Below, one piece after another: positions 60,395 through 64,000 of a stretch of 64,000 nt of DNA. Numbering within the stretch: position 1 is the stretch's first letter; the number at the start of each line of letters is the position of its first letter. The notes under the pieces were generated by a model, which saw only the letters and a program-made list of their open reading frames with translations, was not told the origin of the DNA and ran no database searches. Source of the DNA: Amphiscolops sp. MND2022 (Eukaryota); assembly GCA_964187785.1 (NCBI GenBank), contig OZ076413.1:50346001-50410000 (forward strand), written 5' to 3'. The position numbers were made by a program, and so were the translations under genes.

Positions 60395-63300
60395 AAACCA
60401 ATTCTTGTTTGAGACCTTGACTAATACAACAATATCCGCTTCAGGGCCATTCCTTTGATTGACGTTTACAATTCAACGTTTATCGATCCAGGCTATGGCA
60501 GAGATCGGTATTGGGATACTGAGATCTACTACCAGGATCTCTTGCAAGTCCAATACGTCCTAGATAACATAGAACACTACAAAACAGCAGTACACGAAAA
60601 TCCTCCAATAACACACGATAAGAAAACGTGAGCCCTGATTGAAAATTGGCAAATGAGTGATGGCACCAACCATCCAGTGTTCCCAAACCCATTGGGAACC
60701 GAGACCCCTGAAATCCCTGAAACGAAGCCTACAAAATCCCTATTGAATGAGAAGCAATTTCAAAATGTCCTTATCACCAAAGACAGTGATCCAGATTGTA
60801 TACCACTATCGACTAATATCAACCTCAATTGTAAGAAGCGCATGTTATATTTCCCAATGCAATTTGGGGAATTAACCATAGACGGCCTAACCGAGACTGG
60901 AGCACTATCCATTGCAATCCCTGTAATGGACCTCCGGAAAATTCGACTCTTATCTCCACAGTCTGTAATCCGGGAAGGTCCGCCTCCGATTTTCCAGATC
61001 ATTGTCGCAAATGGACAATTAGAAACACCTAAAAGCACAATTGAGCCTAAATTTGAGGTTGGTGACATCCAATTCCATAAAATCGTCATAGTAATGGAAC
61101 ATTTGACAGTACCAATCATGTTCCTGCAGCGAAATCATACAGTTCTGGACATGAGACAAGGAATTCTGAATTTCCCCTTCTTCTCTATGCAGCTAAAAAC
61201 AGCTGACCACCGATATTCCAATGTCTTGGAACCAATCCTCAACCCCACGGAAAAAACCATTCCACCGATTGACAGAGTCCTAATTAGGACAAACACCTTA
61301 CTTTACCCTGAAAATGCTGTCACTGGGATACTGCAACCGAGCGAAGAAGACAACATTACCTTTTGCCCAGCTTTGGTCACGCTGAACGATAACAATATAT
61401 AGATACCTGTGGTTAACTCCACGGACCACCCCTATAAACTCAAAAAGGGACTCCATACTGCTAGCTTCTCTGGTACGACGCCAGAACAAATGAAATACGT
61501 CAAACCAGATGATCCGGCATCGACTTGGCATCTCTTACAAAACAACCAAGAGCAGGCAGCCCATTATGTCAGTAGCTTCATTAGGACCAATAAAAGTTCT
61601 CAGAACTCGGAAAATCATTGCTTCCCGACTCCGGAAAACCCAGGAAACCCAGAAGAGCAAACGCCAATCCAGAAAAGGATATTACGGGAACTACAGTCTC
61701 TGCAGGACGTAGAAACACTCGATCCTACTACAGATGAGGAATCTAGAGCAAAGTTCGTGGAAAATTTTTATTGGAATGATTCCATTTCAGCCACCGATGA
61801 AAAAGAGAAAATCGTGGAATTATTAGTGGAATTCCACGACATTTTGCAAGACATAGATTCGACATAGGCATGAATGAGGAATTCAAGGTCAAACTGACCC
61901 CCAAGGATGATTCCCCAGCCTACAGTCAGAGCCTCCCAGCACCCATAAATTTGAAAGAAGACATTCTTTTCGAACTAGCCTTGTTGCACAAATATGGAAG
62001 AATCACTACTTTGCCATTTTCCAACTGTGCTAGCCCGGTATTCGCCCAAAAGAAGTCAAATAGAAAATTCCGTCTACTGGTTGACTTGAGAAAAATCAAC
62101 AACCTACTTTCGGATAATTACATAAACACTAACCATTCGTGTCAGTTCTCTAGTCGATACCGCCCAACACATGGCAGGCAAAAAAATGTTTCGCAAATTA
62201 GACTGTTCCCAAGCATATCACTGCCTACAAATGGCTGACCAACGATCAATTGAGAAGTTGGCATTCAATTTTGCTATTCGCACATTTGTATACAGACAGT
62301 TAGCACAAAGCCTTAGCAGGGCGTTGTCCGCATTTTCAAGTTTTATGAGAGAATTTCCTGATAAAGTTATCAAAACGGATCAGTGTGCCCAGTACGTGGA
62401 CGATATCGGCATTGCAGTCAATGACTCAGACCATCTCATCGCTAACCTGAGAGCAACCATCAAATGCATCCAGGAAGCAGGCCTTAAATTGACGATGCAT
62501 GGATGTCATTTTGGTGCAACAGAAATTGATTTCCTTGGACGAACGATTACCCCACAAGGCGTTAAACCTCAGAAACAGACCGTACAGAACCTTTCTGAGA
62601 AAACCAAATTTCCGAAGTCGAAAAAAGCTTGGCAACGCTATTTGGGATTTTTATACTACTACAGAAACTATGTCCCAAGACTGTCCGAACGCCTTGCTTC
62701 ATTCTAAAAGATGCTGAAAAAAGAAGAAAAGGTCTTTGTATCGAAGGAATTAGTCCAACAATTTGAGCAAATCAACAAAGCACTTGATAAATGCTGCGAG
62801 TTGGCCTACAGTAATCTCTTCTGAATAAGCACATTGCACTAATGTCAGATGCAAGTTTTGGTGCCGCGAGATACGCAAACTTAATTGAAGACGACCCGAA
62901 TCAGAAATTCACCGCACTGCGAAAGTCATATGCACCTTCCGCTTACGGTTCAAAAACCTTGACCCCAGCCCAGATAAAGATGTCCATTTATGCGAAGGAA
63001 TTTCTGGCGATTTACTTTGCAATTAAAAAAATTGGGCATATTTTCTGGGGTGCGCCGGAACCGGTCATTATCCTAACTCACAATAAAGCCGTCACGCGTT
63101 TTTTCCAAACAAAAATCCAAACCCCCAGCTCTGTGGAATGCTTGCGACAACGTAATACAATTCCATTTTGTCATTGCGCACATCCCAGGAGCACAGAATA
63201 CGGCAGCGGATTATTTGTTCCGTCTGGAAGCTGATCCGAAGGATAAACTAGTCATGAAAATCAGAGAGGACGTACAAACTGTCCCAATCGGAATAAACGT

Positions 63301-64000
63301 GCAATAGACAGGAGTCTCACAGGAAGAACAAATCGTCTAAACGAATGATGATGATGAGACAAAACAACCATATTGGGCGAAGAAAGAAGCAATCAGGAAA
63401 AATCCCGCCAAAAAAACCTGCTGTAACGATACAAACACTGTCCACAAATTTGGTCAAACAACAACCCGAAATCCAAGTCCGACTACGGAAGACGAACCAG
63501 ATAATTATCGAGCAATCCAAAGATGCACCAATCGAAGTTACACCAATTGAAGGCAAAACTTCTTCATGAAGAATATTCCGAAAACATACTGCAACATGAT
63601 GCTAGATACAGACATTATGCAGACAACTGAGAACGAATTGTAGTTAAGGAAGATATTCTGACCAGGCAATACTTCGACGAAACAGGGAATGTGAAGTACC
63701 ATCAAATCTTTCCCCCAGAACACCTACCCCAGGAACTGCTCCAGTCCCTTCATGGGACAGCACATAAGCACCTTGGCATTTCAAAGGTGTTACAGGAGAT
63801 CAGACAGAAACACTACTACCCTAGCATGGCCAAGTATGTTAAAAAGTGGGTATAAAGGTGTGAACAATGTGCAAAGGACAAACGCGTCCCCAATGCAACG
63901 ATCACGCCTGAACTACCTAATTTGCAGGAAAGGGACCTTGGACCCGAAGACGCTATGCAGATCGACTTATTGCCGAATCTCCCCCCAAGTGGAGGATATG
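60373..64000 (+). repeat. Tandem segmental duplicate of 54346-57981 (second degenerate pol copy)
   Basis: Near-identical sequence at an offset of ~6027 bp, with many of the same stops and frameshifts. Confidence 0.95.

Larger units (their letters stand above)
53080..64000 (+). mobile_element. Degenerate, rearranged Gypsy element E (related to D); 5' LTR start not determined
   Basis: Putative LTR end and PBS ...CGACA|TGGTGACAG at 53661/53662. Gag-like TFDGKSEKFELF. Pol motifs parallel those of D (MAGKK..KLDCS, QCAQYVDDIG, YAKEFLA). Confidence 0.85.

Overview
Eukaryotic, transposon-rich DNA with spliceosomal GT-AG introns; probably an invertebrate animal, but the species cannot be determined from the sequence. 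The one host gene is a 3-exon core-2/I-branching beta-1,6-GlcNAc transferase (GT14, 434 aa; exons 5264-5776, 8531-8768, 49656-50209). Its 40.9-kb second intron holds nested mobile elements: a non-coding LTR element A (9538-30438), a Gypsy element B (14588-30068) inserted into A's 3' LTR, and a minus-strand Gypsy element D (32418-49500) that itself contains a CACTA-like DNA transposon (37627-39634). A B-related element C is cut off at the left edge, and a D-related, tandemly duplicated element E occupies the right end. Main observations: (1) D carries an antisense 8-exon gene of about 1000 codons between pol and the PPT. It resembles a hAT-transposase-derived protein, and an apparently homologous antisense fragment lies at the same position in E. 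(2) D's LTR has a helically phased array of GACTG-N7-CAGTC palindromes, and gag starts inside the LTR. (3) A and B make 3-bp target-site duplications, and A, B and C all have a PBS displaced 14-16 nt from the LTR. (4) B Pol has a candidate duplicated protease and C-terminal TARG1/OARD1-like macrodomains. All family assignments come from motifs recognised by eye, not from database searches.
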